In this document: piece by piece, positions 30,224 to 40,297 of the stretch
Layout: the number at the start of each line of letters is the position of its first letter
Numbering within the stretch: the stretch's first letter is position 1
Origin: Patescibacteria group bacterium
GTDB taxonomy: Bacteria; Patescibacteriota; WWE3; UBA101185; UBA10185
Length of the DNA stretch: 64,000 bases
Direction of reading: 5' to 3'
Assembly (NCBI GenBank): GCA_049322215.1
Contig: JBMORU010000001.1
Location: 772,023-836,022, forward strand
The notes under the pieces: generated by a model
Databases searched by the model: none
The model's input: the letters and a program-made list of their open reading frames with translations, nothing else
Told to the model about the DNA's origin: nothing
Position numbers and translations under genes: made by a program

Positions 30224-32261
30224 TTTTATAAAAAAAGAAGAAGAAATACACTTAAATAATACAATAAACGAATTAATTGATGGGAAACGTGCCTTGGATC
30301 AGTCTCTTAAAGAAATGGGTGCCGGGAATTTAAGTAAGCTTGAAAAAATGAGAAAAGATGTTGATACAGATCCTCATGATTTGCTTATTTTTATGGAACA
30401 AATGCATCATCAAAACGTAGCATTTAATTTTAAAGATAAATTTGCTCGACTAGAAGAATTAGAATCTTTATTGAAAGAACCTTACTTTGCAAGAATTGAT
30501 TTACAAAATACGTCAGAAAAAACAAAAAAAGTTTATATTGGTAAATTTGGCTACAATGACGGACAAAACAGCATAGTAACAGATTGGCGAGCTAAAATAG
30601 CTTCTGTTTTTTACAGATACAGATATCCTCAAAAAAACGTTGAATATAATACTCCAGACGGAACTGTTGTAGAAAACTTAAAACTTAAGCGTACCTTTGA
30701 AATAGACGAAGGTAAGCTTATAAAATACTATAACAATGATTTGCAGCTCGACGAAAACGAAATAATTCAAAAAAAGATAGAAGAACGATCTGGGGGAGTT
30801 TTAGAAGATATTATAGAAACAATTCAAGAATCGCAGCTCGACATTATAGAGGCTGATCCACGTCAAATTTGCATAGTTCAGGGGTGTGTAGGCAGCGGAA
30901 AAAGCACTGTAGCTATTCACAAGCTTTCTCACATATTTTTTAATTACCCCGAACTTATTCATGCAGAAAGATCTATTTTAATTGCTAAAAACCAAATACT
31001 TGTAGGCTATTTATCTACATTATTTCCCAAACTTGGAATTTTTAACTTAGGTTACGGTACCGTTAGAGATTTACTTGTACGATTGTTATTTCAAGAAGAA
31101 CTTCCTATAAACGTTGATTTAGGAGTTAATTTAGACACCTCTGACTTTTCTTTAGCACGTGTTAAGGCTCTTGATAGCGTTTTGCATGAAGTTCACTCAG
31201 AATTTGAGCAAAAAATAGACGAGTTGTTTAGTAAAGAAGAATATGTAAGTTTTGGCGGTTTTGTATACGATTCATCAGTTTCAGTTTACGAAAACTTAAC
31301 AGAGTTAATAGACGAATTAGAGGAAGAAGCAACCTACCAGCAAGAATCTGCCGAAACTACTACAAATCCTTCAAGAAGGCTACTTTTTAAAGCAAATGCC
31401 ATAAGTATAAAAAAAATATTAAGACAACTGCGTAAACTTAGAACATCTGTTAAAACTACTTACCTACCTAGTTATGTTAAAAAATTAATTGGCCAAAATA
31501 TAAATGAGTACGGCTATTTAGAAACTATTTTATATGTGCTAATTGTTAAGCAATTACTTGGATTTTCAAAGTTTAGAAAATTTGAGTACTGTGTTATAGA
31601 TGAAGGTCAGGATTTTAGTCCTTTAGAATACTGTCTTTTAGGCAAATTAGTTATTAACGGAAGATTTTGTATTTTAGGTGATTTGAACCAATCTTACACA
31701 AAAGACGGTTTAACAAATTGGGAAGTTATTGCAGAAGTAATTGATGCTGCTAAAAGTGCCGCTACTTTTGAATTAGACACTAACTATAGAAGCACAAAAC
31801 CTATAATTGATTTGGCAAACAGTGTTATAGGATCATATACTGATCAGTATTTACCAAAGTCTATCGACAGAGCCGGAGAGCCTCCAAAAATATTAACTAC
31901 AACAAACACTAATGAACTTTTATCTACATTTAAAACTAGCCTTGAAGAAGACATAAAAGATTTAAATAAGAGTATAGGTGTTATTTGTATGACTTCAAAC
32001 CTTATGCATGACGCAGAAAATATAATAAACTCACTAAATCTTCCTGAAGGAAAGTTTATAAAACTTGATAGCTCTAAAAGGGTCCACTACATTCCTCAGG
32101 GTGTTTACTTAACTGATTTTTCTAATTGCAAGGGCTTAGAGTTTGCTAAGGTTTACGTTTTAGGGTTATCGCTTGAGGATGATGTTAAATCTTTTGTTGA
32201 TGCAAAACGCGCTTTTGTTGCAATTACGCGTGCAATGAATGAATTAACTTTGTTGTGCTAA
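30216..32261 (+). CDS. helD: HelD-like SF1 (UvrD family) ATPase
   Basis: PYFARID, YIG, DWRA, IIETIQ..Q, QG..GSGKS, DEGQD, NYRS, KGLEF, VAITRA. Confidence 0.75.
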   Translation: MLDFIKKEEEIHLNNTINELIDGKRALDQSLKEMGAGNLSKLEKMRKDVDTDPHDLLIFMEQMHHQNVAFNFKDKFARLEELESLLKEPYFARIDLQNTSEKTKKVYIGKFGYNDGQNSIVTDWRAKIASVFYRYRYPQKNVEYNTPDGTVVENLKLKRTFEIDEGKLIKYYNNDLQLDENEIIQKKIEERSGGVLEDIIETIQESQLDIIEADPRQICIVQGCVGSGKSTVAIHKLSHIFFNYPELIHAERSILIAKNQILVGYLSTLFPKLGIFNLGYGTVRDLLVRLLFQEELPINVDLGVNLDTSDFSLARVKALDSVLHEVHSEFEQKIDELFSKEEYVSFGGFVYDSSVSVYENLTELIDELEEEATYQQESAETTTNPSRRLLFKANAISIKKILRQLRKLRTSVKTTYLPSYVKKLIGQNINEYGYLETILYVLIVKQLLGFSKFRKFEYCVIDEGQDFSPLEYCLLGKLVINGRFCILGDLNQSYTKDGLTNWEVIAEVIDAAKSAATFELDTNYRSTKPIIDLANSVIGSYTDQYLPKSIDRAGEPPKILTTTNTNELLSTFKTSLEEDIKDLNKSIGVICMTSNLMHDAENIINSLNLPEGKFIKLDSSKRVHYIPQGVYLTDFSNCKGLEFAKVYVLGLSLEDDVKSFVDAKRAFVAITRAMNELTLLC

Positions 32262-32344
32262 AGCAAACAGCACTTATCTGCAGAATACTGTAGAATCAAC
32301 ACTAACAGGTATTGCCTACCAAAATTTCCTGCTATACTTTTTTT

Positions 32345-33913
32345 ATGTTACGAAAATGGAACATATTTGCATACATATCGTTGGCCGTTGTAGCTACCTG
32401 GCTTAGGTTAATGAATTTAGGCTATTCTGATTATCAAGGTGATGAAATAAAAGCTTTGTTTTTAATAGATCCCAATGAGTCTGTATCTGAATTTTTGCTT
32501 TCTCAAAGAAAAGGTCCTATTCAATTTTTAATTACATTTTTACTAAAGTTTTTAGACCCAGAATACATGAATAGGTTTTTAATTAGACTTCCTTTTGCTT
32601 TTGCAGGTATTTTTGCTGTCTACTTTTTTTATAAGTTTTTACAACTTCATTTCAACAAAAAAGTATCATTTTATGCCACCTTCTTTTTTGCTACAAATGG
32701 GTTTTTAATTGCTTTTGCACGTATAGTTCAATATCAATCTTTTGTAATACTTTTTATGGTACTTGCGCTTTATACATTTAGTTTGGCTGCAAAAAAAGAA
32801 AATTGGAGTAAGAAAGGTATTTACTTAGGCTTTATTTTTTGGGCGTTATCTATTTTGTCACATTATGATGGTGTATTCATTTTTCCTTTTGTTGTATACA
32901 TTCTTGTTGAGTGGGGAAAAAAGTATGTATTTGATGTAGATGAAAAGTTTGAGCATTTAAAACATTTATTCCTTTCCCTTTTTATTAGTGGTGTACTTAT
33001 GGCTCTATTTTATATTCCATTTATTTTTGCAATTACCGATGCAACTGCAAGTTATTGGCAGGGGAGAATAGTAGGTACAGGGGGCAAAATTGCAAGTTCC
33101 ATAGTTTTGTTTAGGGTATATCAACCTATATATGTTTTTCATATTTATACTTTACTTTCAGTATTTGGTTTAGGTGTTTTGATAAAAGATTATTTAAACC
33201 TAAAAGAGTATAAATCTATAGCGCTGATTACCTGGGCTTTGTTGCCTTTTTTGTTTCTTGAAGTTTTTGTAAGTATTCCGGGAACACATATATATACATA
33301 TTTAATTCCTTTAATGGTACTAATGGGAATAGGTGTAAAGGGCATAGAACGTTTTATGTACTATGTTTCTGGACGACTTGCTCCTATTGCGAAACCTATT
33401 GTGCGCTATATTAATATTGCAGGAATTTTAGTTATTTTTACTTTTATATTTTTACAGGTAAATGCCATATTTGTTGACCATACAGCAGAGTATCCCTGGG
33501 AGCCTGAAAAGTTTTTACTTTGGGAGTTTCACCAACCATCTCCAGCTTTTCATTTAAGTATGTTTGGGTTTCCATATTACAGGCATTGGGATGAAATTGG
33601 CCAATATGTTACCTCTACCGAAAACAATGGCTATTACTCAACTAATGAGCGGAGTTCTATTTCTAGATATCATATTCCATTTAACAAAGATACTGATAGT
33701 GCTGGGCACTTTGTTCACATAATTAACCCGCAAAGCTTCACGCCGAATCCTACACAGGAAAAGGCACAATATTGGGAAGAAAATTACGACCCTGTTAAGG
33801 TTTTTTATAGTGAAGATCCTAATACTCCAGGTAGATTAAGAGAAATTGTGAAGATATATTATATGAAGGTAGGTTCTTTAGATGATTTATTGAAGCAAAA
33901 CCAAATAGAGTAG
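32345..33913 (+). CDS. GT-C (GT39/ArnT-like) glycosyltransferase
   Basis: YQGDE loop, RLP, many TMs; ATG 32345 lies 6 nt after TGcTATACT. Confidence 0.75.
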   Translation: MLRKWNIFAYISLAVVATWLRLMNLGYSDYQGDEIKALFLIDPNESVSEFLLSQRKGPIQFLITFLLKFLDPEYMNRFLIRLPFAFAGIFAVYFFYKFLQLHFNKKVSFYATFFFATNGFLIAFARIVQYQSFVILFMVLALYTFSLAAKKENWSKKGIYLGFIFWALSILSHYDGVFIFPFVVYILVEWGKKYVFDVDEKFEHLKHLFLSLFISGVLMALFYIPFIFAITDATASYWQGRIVGTGGKIASSIVLFRVYQPIYVFHIYTLLSVFGLGVLIKDYLNLKEYKSIALITWALLPFLFLEVFVSIPGTHIYTYLIPLMVLMGIGVKGIERFMYYVSGRLAPIAKPIVRYINIAGILVIFTFIFLQVNAIFVDHTAEYPWEPEKFLLWEFHQPSPAFHLSMFGFPYYRHWDEIGQYVTSTENNGYYSTNERSSISRYHIPFNKDTDSAGHFVHIINPQSFTPNPTQEKAQYWEENYDPVKVFYSEDPNTPGRLREIVKIYYMKVGSLDDLLKQNQIE

Positions 33914-33917
33914 TTTT

Positions 33918-34301
33918 TTATAGTAAGGCCATTATTTTAGGTGCAAAAATTAAAAGAGAAATTGCTAGTGTAGTAAAAGCTGCAGTTAAAACAAATCCTG
34001 CTGAAACGTCTTTTATAATTCTTGCCCCTTCGTGATATTCTTTAATTAAGTGATCAATTAACTCTTCTACCACAGTGTTTACCATTTCTGCCGATAATAA
34101 AAACCCCAGTGAAAGTATTAGGAGTCCCCATTCTATTGGTGATATTTGTAAAGAAAATCCAATTACAACTACTAAAACCGAATATGCAACTTGAATTCTA
34201 AAGTTTGCTTCGTTTAAAAGAGCATGAAACAAGCCTTGAAAAGCATGTTTAAAACTTTTTGCGTGTCGAGCAGGATGATGACTGTTAAAAATCCTCAACA
34301 T
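33918..34301 (-). CDS. dgkA: diacylglycerol/undecaprenol kinase
   Basis: SF.HA..G, E.NFR, AEMVNT.VE, IKD.SAG. Confidence 0.88.
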   Translation of the reverse strand: MLRIFNSHHPARHAKSFKHAFQGLFHALLNEANFRIQVAYSVLVVVIGFSLQISPIEWGLLILSLGFLLSAEMVNTVVEELIDHLIKEYHEGARIIKDVSAGFVLTAAFTTLAISLLIFAPKIMALL

Positions 34302-34345
34302 ATCTTTGATAATACCTTTTTTGAAATGTATAATCTACCGGTAAT

Positions 34346-35395
34346 ATGCGCAAAAGAAAAAAACTAATTATAATTATAATAATTATTGTTCTCGGGGTTG
34401 GTGGGTTTTTTTATTCAAAAAGAAATTCCGGGAATGCCGTAAATGTACGTGAAGCTGAGGTTTATACCGATGAAGTAACAAAAACAGTATCTGCTAGTGG
34501 TGTTATTAAATCAATTAATCAGGCTAATTTGGCTACTATAACTCCAGGAACGTTAGAAAAATTAAATGTAAAAGAAACGGAAGAGGTAAAAAAAGGTCAA
34601 ATTTTAGGAAATGTCTCTAATTACGATTTGTATAAAGGGTCGGAAGCAAAAAAGCAGGCTCGAGATATTGCATTAATTGATAGAGATTTGTATGTAGAAA
34701 ACTACAGCACAAATTTAAGTGCTATTGGCGGTGAAGATGAGTATAACATTGGGTTGCGACGCCATAACGAGCTTGTTGCACAGGCAGAAGATGCTTACCA
34801 AGCATCTTTAGGTTCGTTGACTGATTCGTACTTAATTGCGCCTTTTGATGGAACTGTAGTAGACGTTTTAATTGATCAAGGCGAACTTGTAACAGCAGGC
34901 GCAAGTGTTTTAACTGTAGCTGATTTAAACCAAATAGTTTTTGAGGCTTCAATAGACCAAGAAGACTTTGGCTTAGTTAAACTAAATCAGGAAGTAGAAG
35001 TTCAACTTGATTCTTTCTCTAACAAAACTTTTACTGGAACTGTTTACAAGCTGCCTTTAGTTGTAGATTCTGCATCTAATGAGCTTACTGTTTTAATAAA
35101 AATCAACGATGTCTCAGATAACCCCGTTTTAATTGGCATGGAAGGCGATGCAGATATAGTTATAGAAAAAAACACCGTTGGTGGAACTGCACTTACTTTT
35201 GATGCAGTATTTGGTGAAGATAGCACACACTACGTATGGTTAAACGAAGAAGGAAAACTTGTGAAACAACCCGTAGAAATTGGACTAGAAGGTGATTTAT
35301 ATACAATTATTTTATCAGATATTGATTTTGATAAGGTTGTAGTTCCATTAGATGATGAATTTGAAGAGGGTGCTTCGGTTAAGTTAGAGGAGTAA
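34346..35395 (+). CDS. efflux periplasmic adaptor subunit (MacA/YknX-like)
   Basis: N-terminal TM, APFDG.V, lipoyl-hybrid pattern; precedes ABC ATPase. Confidence 0.85.
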   Translation: MRKRKKLIIIIIIIVLGVGGFFYSKRNSGNAVNVREAEVYTDEVTKTVSASGVIKSINQANLATITPGTLEKLNVKETEEVKKGQILGNVSNYDLYKGSEAKKQARDIALIDRDLYVENYSTNLSAIGGEDEYNIGLRRHNELVAQAEDAYQASLGSLTDSYLIAPFDGTVVDVLIDQGELVTAGASVLTVADLNQIVFEASIDQEDFGLVKLNQEVEVQLDSFSNKTFTGTVYKLPLVVDSASNELTVLIKINDVSDNPVLIGMEGDADIVIEKNTVGGTALTFDAVFGEDSTHYVWLNEEGKLVKQPVEIGLEGDLYTIILSDIDFDKVVVPLDDEFEEGASVKLEE

Positions 35396-35399
35396 CCTC

Positions 35400-36077
35400 A
35401 TGTCTTCTGAAAAAGTTTTAGTTGCAGAAAATTTAGTAAAAACATACACACTTGGCAATACCACTATAAATGCAGTAAATGATGTTTCCCTTTATATAAA
35501 CAGAGGCGAGTTTGTATCTATATTAGGGAAATCAGGGTCAGGTAAATCAACCTTAATGCATATTTTAGGTCTTTTAGATACGCCAACATCTGGAAAAATA
35601 TACTTAAACGGCAAAGACACAACAGATTTAAGCGAAAATCAACTAGCACAAATTAGAAATCAGGAAATAGGCTTTGTATTTCAGTCATTTAACTTACTAG
35701 CACGTACATCTGCTTTAGATAACGTTATTTTACCCTTAAAATATAGTAAAGTTCCAAAAAATGAATGGGAATCACGTGCTCGAGAAATGCTTGAACTCGT
35801 TCAACTTGGAGATCGCTTAAATAATAAGTCGAATGAGCTATCTGGTGGTCAGAAACAACGTGTAGCTATTGCACGTGCGTTAGTCACTAGACCTGCAGTT
35901 ATTTTTGCAGATGAGCCTACCGGAAATTTAGATTCAAAAACCGGAGACGAAATAACAGCTCTATTTAAAAACTTAAATGAACAAGGAAGAACAATAGTAC
36001 TGGTAACTCATGATGATGACCTTGCAAAAATTACTGAAAGAAAAATAGTACTTAAAGACGGCAAAGTTGTGTCATGA
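35400..36077 (+). CDS. ABC transporter ATP-binding protein (LolD/MacB-like)
   Basis: GKSGSGKST, LSGGQKQR, FADEPTGNLD, VTHD. Confidence 0.95.
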   Translation: MSSEKVLVAENLVKTYTLGNTTINAVNDVSLYINRGEFVSILGKSGSGKSTLMHILGLLDTPTSGKIYLNGKDTTDLSENQLAQIRNQEIGFVFQSFNLLARTSALDNVILPLKYSKVPKNEWESRAREMLELVQLGDRLNNKSNELSGGQKQRVAIARALVTRPAVIFADEPTGNLDSKTGDEITALFKNLNEQGRTIVLVTHDDDLAKITERKIVLKDGKVVS

Positions 36078-37255
36078 ACATAAACGAATTATTTCACTCA
36101 GCTATAAAATCTTTAAGCTCTAATAAAGCACGTTCTATTTTAACCATGCTTGGCGTAATAATTGGCGTGTTTTCAGTTGTTACACTTGTTTCTTTAGGAC
36201 GCGGAATTCAAAACTATATAACAGACGAATTTGATCAAATTGGAACTAATTTACTATTTATATCTCCAGGGGAATCTGACATTGGAGATGATCCCGGGAA
36301 AGCATTTACTGCAAACAAGTTAAACCAAAAGCACATAGACTTAATAAATACATATGCGCGCGAATATGTTACTGCAGTTACTCCATTTTTACTTGTTGGA
36401 GAAAATGTTTCATATAAAAACAAAACTTACGCAGGAGAACTAATTGGAATTAATGCCGATTCTTTAGATATATTCAATTACCAAATACATGACGGTAGAA
36501 ACTTCACTCAGTCAGAAGAGTCTTCTAAGGCTAAAGTTGCAATAATTGGGCCATTAATTATTAATGAGCTATTTGGAGCTAAACCTGCGGTAGGTGAAAG
36601 AATTAAAATGGGAGATGAATCTTATTTAGTTATAGGAACTTTTAAAGAAAAAGGGGCAAACTATGATGATCAAATTATTATTCCATATACTTCATTGTTA
36701 GAATCGTTTGATATAGAAAATTACTCAAGCATAATTGCTAAAATAAAAAACCCTGACGAAATAAATTTGGCAACAAGGCAAATTGAAATTGCATTACTTC
36801 GTGACCTAAAAGAAGATGAGTTTACAGTACTTTCACAAAAAGATTTGCTTGAATCGATTCAAGAAATATTAGGTATGCTAACTTTAGGCTTAGGGGCAAT
36901 TGCAGGAATTTCACTTATAGTTGGCGGAATAGGAATTATGAATATTATGTTGGTTTCTGTAACTGAGCGTATTCGTGAAATTGGACTACGAAAGGCTGTA
37001 GGCGCAACGTCAGGGGCAATAGGAATTCAATTTATGTTAGAAGCAGTTTTAATTAGTGTTTTTGGGGGGGCAGTTGGCCTTGGTTTGGGCTATTTAGCTA
37101 CATTGGTAGCACAACAATTTATTAGGGCTGAAATACCGCTGTCTGCAGTTTTCTTGGCTTTTGGCTTCTCATTACTTGTGGGTGTTTTATTTGGTACTTA
37201 TCCGGCTGTAAGTGCAAGTAAAAAAGATCCAATTGAGGCTTTAAGGTACGAGTAG
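36074..37255 (+). CDS. MacB/YknZ-like ABC transporter permease
   Basis: Same motifs as 10962..12143; ATGA overlap with the ATPase gene. Confidence 0.92.
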   Translation: MNINELFHSAIKSLSSNKARSILTMLGVIIGVFSVVTLVSLGRGIQNYITDEFDQIGTNLLFISPGESDIGDDPGKAFTANKLNQKHIDLINTYAREYVTAVTPFLLVGENVSYKNKTYAGELIGINADSLDIFNYQIHDGRNFTQSEESSKAKVAIIGPLIINELFGAKPAVGERIKMGDESYLVIGTFKEKGANYDDQIIIPYTSLLESFDIENYSSIIAKIKNPDEINLATRQIEIALLRDLKEDEFTVLSQKDLLESIQEILGMLTLGLGAIAGISLIVGGIGIMNIMLVSVTERIREIGLRKAVGATSGAIGIQFMLEAVLISVFGGAVGLGLGYLATLVAQQFIRAEIPLSAVFLAFGFSLLVGVLFGTYPAVSASKKDPIEALRYE

Positions 37256-37711
37256 CTATTCTTCAGTATCTTTTTCTAAAACTACTTTAACATTTAATTC
37301 GTCTGTGCCTTCTTGTGGAATTAAGTTGAGTTGAGAAATGTTTGCTTGTTCTTTTTTATTTTCTATATAGAGTGACCAAACGTATCCTTCTGCAGGGACT
37401 TCGCCGTTTATGCTTTGAAGTTCAGTTCCATAGGTGTAGTGTGTTGTTTCAAAAGAAAAACCCTCTTCTTTATTCAAGTATTCAAACAAATCTTCAATGC
37501 TATCTTTAGTTTCTAGCCTAACTCTGTAACTTTTAACGCTTTTTCCATTATCTACTTCTAAAAATGCAACCACGGGTTTAACTTCTTCTACAAGTTCTGT
37601 TTGTTCCTCTACAACATCTATTGTTGCCCCTTGTTTTAATGCAGACGTAATAAAAAAATAGCCAAAGCTAAGTATAAGTAATGTTACTAATAATAATTTT
37701 TTGTCGCTCAT
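37256..37711 (-). CDS. membrane-anchored protein, DUF4430-like
   Basis: N-terminal TM, YG..LQSING...Y.W..Y pattern. Confidence 0.5.
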   Translation of the reverse strand: MSDKKLLLVTLLILSFGYFFITSALKQGATIDVVEEQTELVEEVKPVVAFLEVDNGKSVKSYRVRLETKDSIEDLFEYLNKEEGFSFETTHYTYGTELQSINGEVPAEGYVWSLYIENKKEQANISQLNLIPQEGTDELNVKVVLEKDTEE

Positions 37712-37760
37712 ACTAAATTAGTTTAGCACATAAGCATGTAGTATAATTACATGAAATTAT

Positions 37761-37837
37761 GCCTCCATAGCTCAGTGGATCAGAGCGCTCGGCTTCGGAC
37801 CGAGAGGACGGGGGTTCGAATCCCTCTGGGGGCTCCA
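37761..37837 (+). tRNA. tRNA-Arg(UCG)
   Basis: Cloverleaf, ctcgg-ct-TCG-ga-ccgag, GGTTCGAATCC, CCA end. Confidence 0.93.
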
Positions 37838-37893
37838 GTAAAAAATAAGGGCGTTCCCAAGTAAAATTAAATACTTAAGAACACCCAGTTAGG

Positions 37894-38304
37894 TTAAGCT
37901 GGTTCAATTAAAGTAGCAAAAGGTAGTTCAATTGGTTGAGCATTTTTACCTTTTGGTATTACTGTTGCCAGTGTACCGTTTTCCCCAGATTTAACTGCAC
38001 GAATTGTTACAGTAAAGGTATTAGGTTGTAACCCTCTTCCCGGAATAAACTTTCGATACACAATTTTTACTCTTCTTCCAACCACTAAGGCTTTTTTGGC
38101 ACTTTGTGGGCAAAAAAGAATGTTTATTGCTCCACTTGTCACCTTCGCAATAAAATCACCGCACTGTTGAGGTGACCCACGAAAAAGAGGTATTTGCTTG
38201 CGATTAGTAGGGGCAAAGGAAAGTACCGTTTTTAGCTTCCACTTACCTTTGGCTGCTTCTTCTGGACTCTCACTTAATAGAATTACCTTGTGTGTAAAAC
38301 CCAT
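37894..38304 (-). CDS. basic hypothetical protein (SD-led orphan)
   Basis: Minus-strand TATAAT abutting ACTATAGG, TAAGGAG SD. Confidence 0.65.
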   Translation of the reverse strand: MGFTHKVILLSESPEEAAKGKWKLKTVLSFAPTNRKQIPLFRGSPQQCGDFIAKVTSGAINILFCPQSAKKALVVGRRVKIVYRKFIPGRGLQPNTFTVTIRAVKSGENGTLATVIPKGKNAQPIELPFATLIEPA

Positions 38305-38395
38305 TGTTTGTCTCCTTACTTCAATGTTTTTGGATCGTAATTATACCTATAGTGTTGGTAAAAATAAAGTAACCAAAAGTGTTACACTATTAAGT

Positions 38396-38785
38396 ATGGA
38401 AATGAGTGAACTAGTAAGTAAATTAAAAAATTTTAATACAGAACGAAATTGGGATGCTGACTTGCAGCCTCAAGACGTTGCTAAATCAATAATTATAGAG
38501 GCAGCCGAACTTTTAGAGCACTTTCAGTGGACTGCAACACGAAAAGAAAGAAATCAAGTAGAAATGCTTGAAATTAATAAAACCGAAATTGGTGAAGAAA
38601 TAGCTGATGTTTTTATTTACCTTGCTCGTTTGGCGTACATTTTGAATATAAATATTGAGGAAGCTGTTTTAGATAAAATTGTTAAAAACGCAAAAAAGTA
38701 CCCTGTTGAGGTTTTTAAAAGTAACAAAACTGGGATTGCTAAAAAAATTCATGAAGAACATCGAAAAACAAGGAAGAATAAATAA
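38396..38785 (+). CDS. MazG-like nucleotide pyrophosphohydrolase
   Basis: ERNW, EAAELLEHFQW, EEIADV, KKYP; ATG 38396 lies 7 nt after TACACT. Confidence 0.88.
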   Translation: MEMSELVSKLKNFNTERNWDADLQPQDVAKSIIIEAAELLEHFQWTATRKERNQVEMLEINKTEIGEEIADVFIYLARLAYILNINIEEAVLDKIVKNAKKYPVEVFKSNKTGIAKKIHEEHRKTRKNK

Positions 38786-38825
38786 TTTTATGCTAAAATC
38801 CTTATGCCTTTAACCTTTTTTATGT

Positions 38826-38900
38826 GGGGACGTAGCTCAGTGGTAGAGCACTCGGCTCTTAACCGATTTGTCGTGGGTTCGAATCCCACCGTCCTCACCA
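38826..38900 (+). tRNA. tRNA-Lys(CUU)
   Basis: GGGGACG..CGTCCTC acceptor, ct-CTT-aa loop, CCA. Confidence 0.92.
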
Positions 38901-38996
38901 TCTAAACTTATGTTAGTCCCATAGTTTACAGCACACGAACTTAACATTATAATGCTACATACCTGAAAAACACGTTTTATATAAAAGGAGATAGTA

Positions 38997-39275
38997 ATGT
39001 TATTTCAAGTACCAAATGCTGTTGAGTTACAAGAACCGCTTAAAAAGGTTTTTCCTGTCGGTAACGGCTATCTAAGCTTAGCTTACACTTTAGGTAAGCA
39101 AGCTGGTCAAGAATTGGAACCTGAAGGAGTGCTTCGATGGCTTCTTTTAGGCATAGAGACAGAAGGCATGGGTTTTGGTTTACGATTTACTATACCCAAA
39201 ATCATAAAATATCTGATTTCCAATGAAGAGATGTACGTTGCGGTATTGACCTTATTTAACCAACAAACAAAGTAA
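38997..39275 (+). CDS. hypothetical protein (SD-led orphan)
   Basis: TTTACA-17-TATAAT (38925-38953), AAAGGAG SD, hairpin at about 39295-39331. Confidence 0.7.
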   Translation: MLFQVPNAVELQEPLKKVFPVGNGYLSLAYTLGKQAGQELEPEGVLRWLLLGIETEGMGFGLRFTIPKIIKYLISNEEMYVAVLTLFNQQTK

Positions 39276-39416
39276 TATTCAAAAAGCATAAAAAAAGCAC
39301 CTTAAGGTTTTTTGTGAGTCTTAAGGTGCTTAATACTACCGGCTTTACATCTTTACAAAACTATAGGTCATAGGTTATAATTTTAAAAATCCAATATCAC
39401 AAATAAGGAGTGTGAA

Positions 39417-39818
39417 ATGACCACAAAAAAAGGCCCATTTTACGATGATTATATGCTTAAAGCTGCACACGAATCGGCAACCGGCAATAACTCGTTTTTC
39501 GGCATGCTAGGTAGTATCGGTTTTGCCGGAATGCTTATTGTTTCAGTGCGCAGTATTGGTAGCGAATTGGAAGACATGCTCCCGCACCCAGATAGCATTT
39601 CTGCAGCACAGCTTGTAGACTACTTGCTATTTGAGGGGTTGGAAAATGGCTTTGGGAACGAGCGCTTTGCTGCCTGGTTAGCACATTCAAAGGAGTGTGA
39701 AGCCTGCGAAGTAATGCGCAAAGCTTACGAACGGCATGTTCCAAAACATTATCGCCCCAGCCCGTACATGAATTTCATGGACGCAGTGGACGATATTCGA
39801 GATTACCTCGACGAATAG
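39417..39818 (+). CDS. HxxxCxxC (ZAS-like) paralog family protein, copy 1
   Basis: WLAHSKECEAC; own promoter, TAAGGAG SD, terminator 39825-39872. Confidence 0.75.
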   Translation: MTTKKGPFYDDYMLKAAHESATGNNSFFGMLGSIGFAGMLIVSVRSIGSELEDMLPHPDSISAAQLVDYLLFEGLENGFGNERFAAWLAHSKECEACEVMRKAYERHVPKHYRPSPYMNFMDAVDDIRDYLDE

Positions 39819-39870
39819 CACTTAGGGTATTTACTGTAGATCAAAAAATCCGCAGTAAATACCCCTTTTT

Positions 39871-40197
39871 TTATTTTGCTATCATTAGCGAAACATCTTT
39901 CATTCTTTCAAGAAGTATCACTTCAAGTTTAAAGTCATTTGGTTGCTGGTGATTAGGGTAAACTCGTAGAAAAATTATCTGATATGTTCCAAGATCCAGT
40001 TGCTCAAGTCTTTCAATTTCTTGCTGTAATATTGCTGAAACCACAGGAAGCATTTCAATACCTGATTTTTTACCGCAAGTATGTATTGAAAGCCAATCGG
40101 CTAAACGCGCCTGCATTTTAAGCTTTTTTCTTTTTAAATCTCCAATACCAAATGCCATATACCATGTGACATTATTTTTTAGTATGTCTTCTCTCAT
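39871..40197 (-). CDS. hypothetical protein (SD-led orphan)
   Basis: Minus-strand TAAAAT and AAATAAGGAG SD. Confidence 0.65.
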   Translation of the reverse strand: MREDILKNNVTWYMAFGIGDLKRKKLKMQARLADWLSIHTCGKKSGIEMLPVVSAILQQEIERLEQLDLGTYQIIFLRVYPNHQQPNDFKLEVILLERMKDVSLMIAK

Positions 40198-40297
40198 GTT
40201 GTTTCTCCTTATTTTATTTGAATTGGGACACCATTTTAATACAAAAATGCTTTTTTTTCTTTCCTAAACCTAATAAATTTGAAATAATAAATTGGTG

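Noticed and set aside
30216-32261. UvrD-like protein as the GajB partner of the OLD nuclease
   Set aside because: 26 kb away, coupled to rsmI, and carries HelD-type N-terminal motifs (PYFARID, DWRA).
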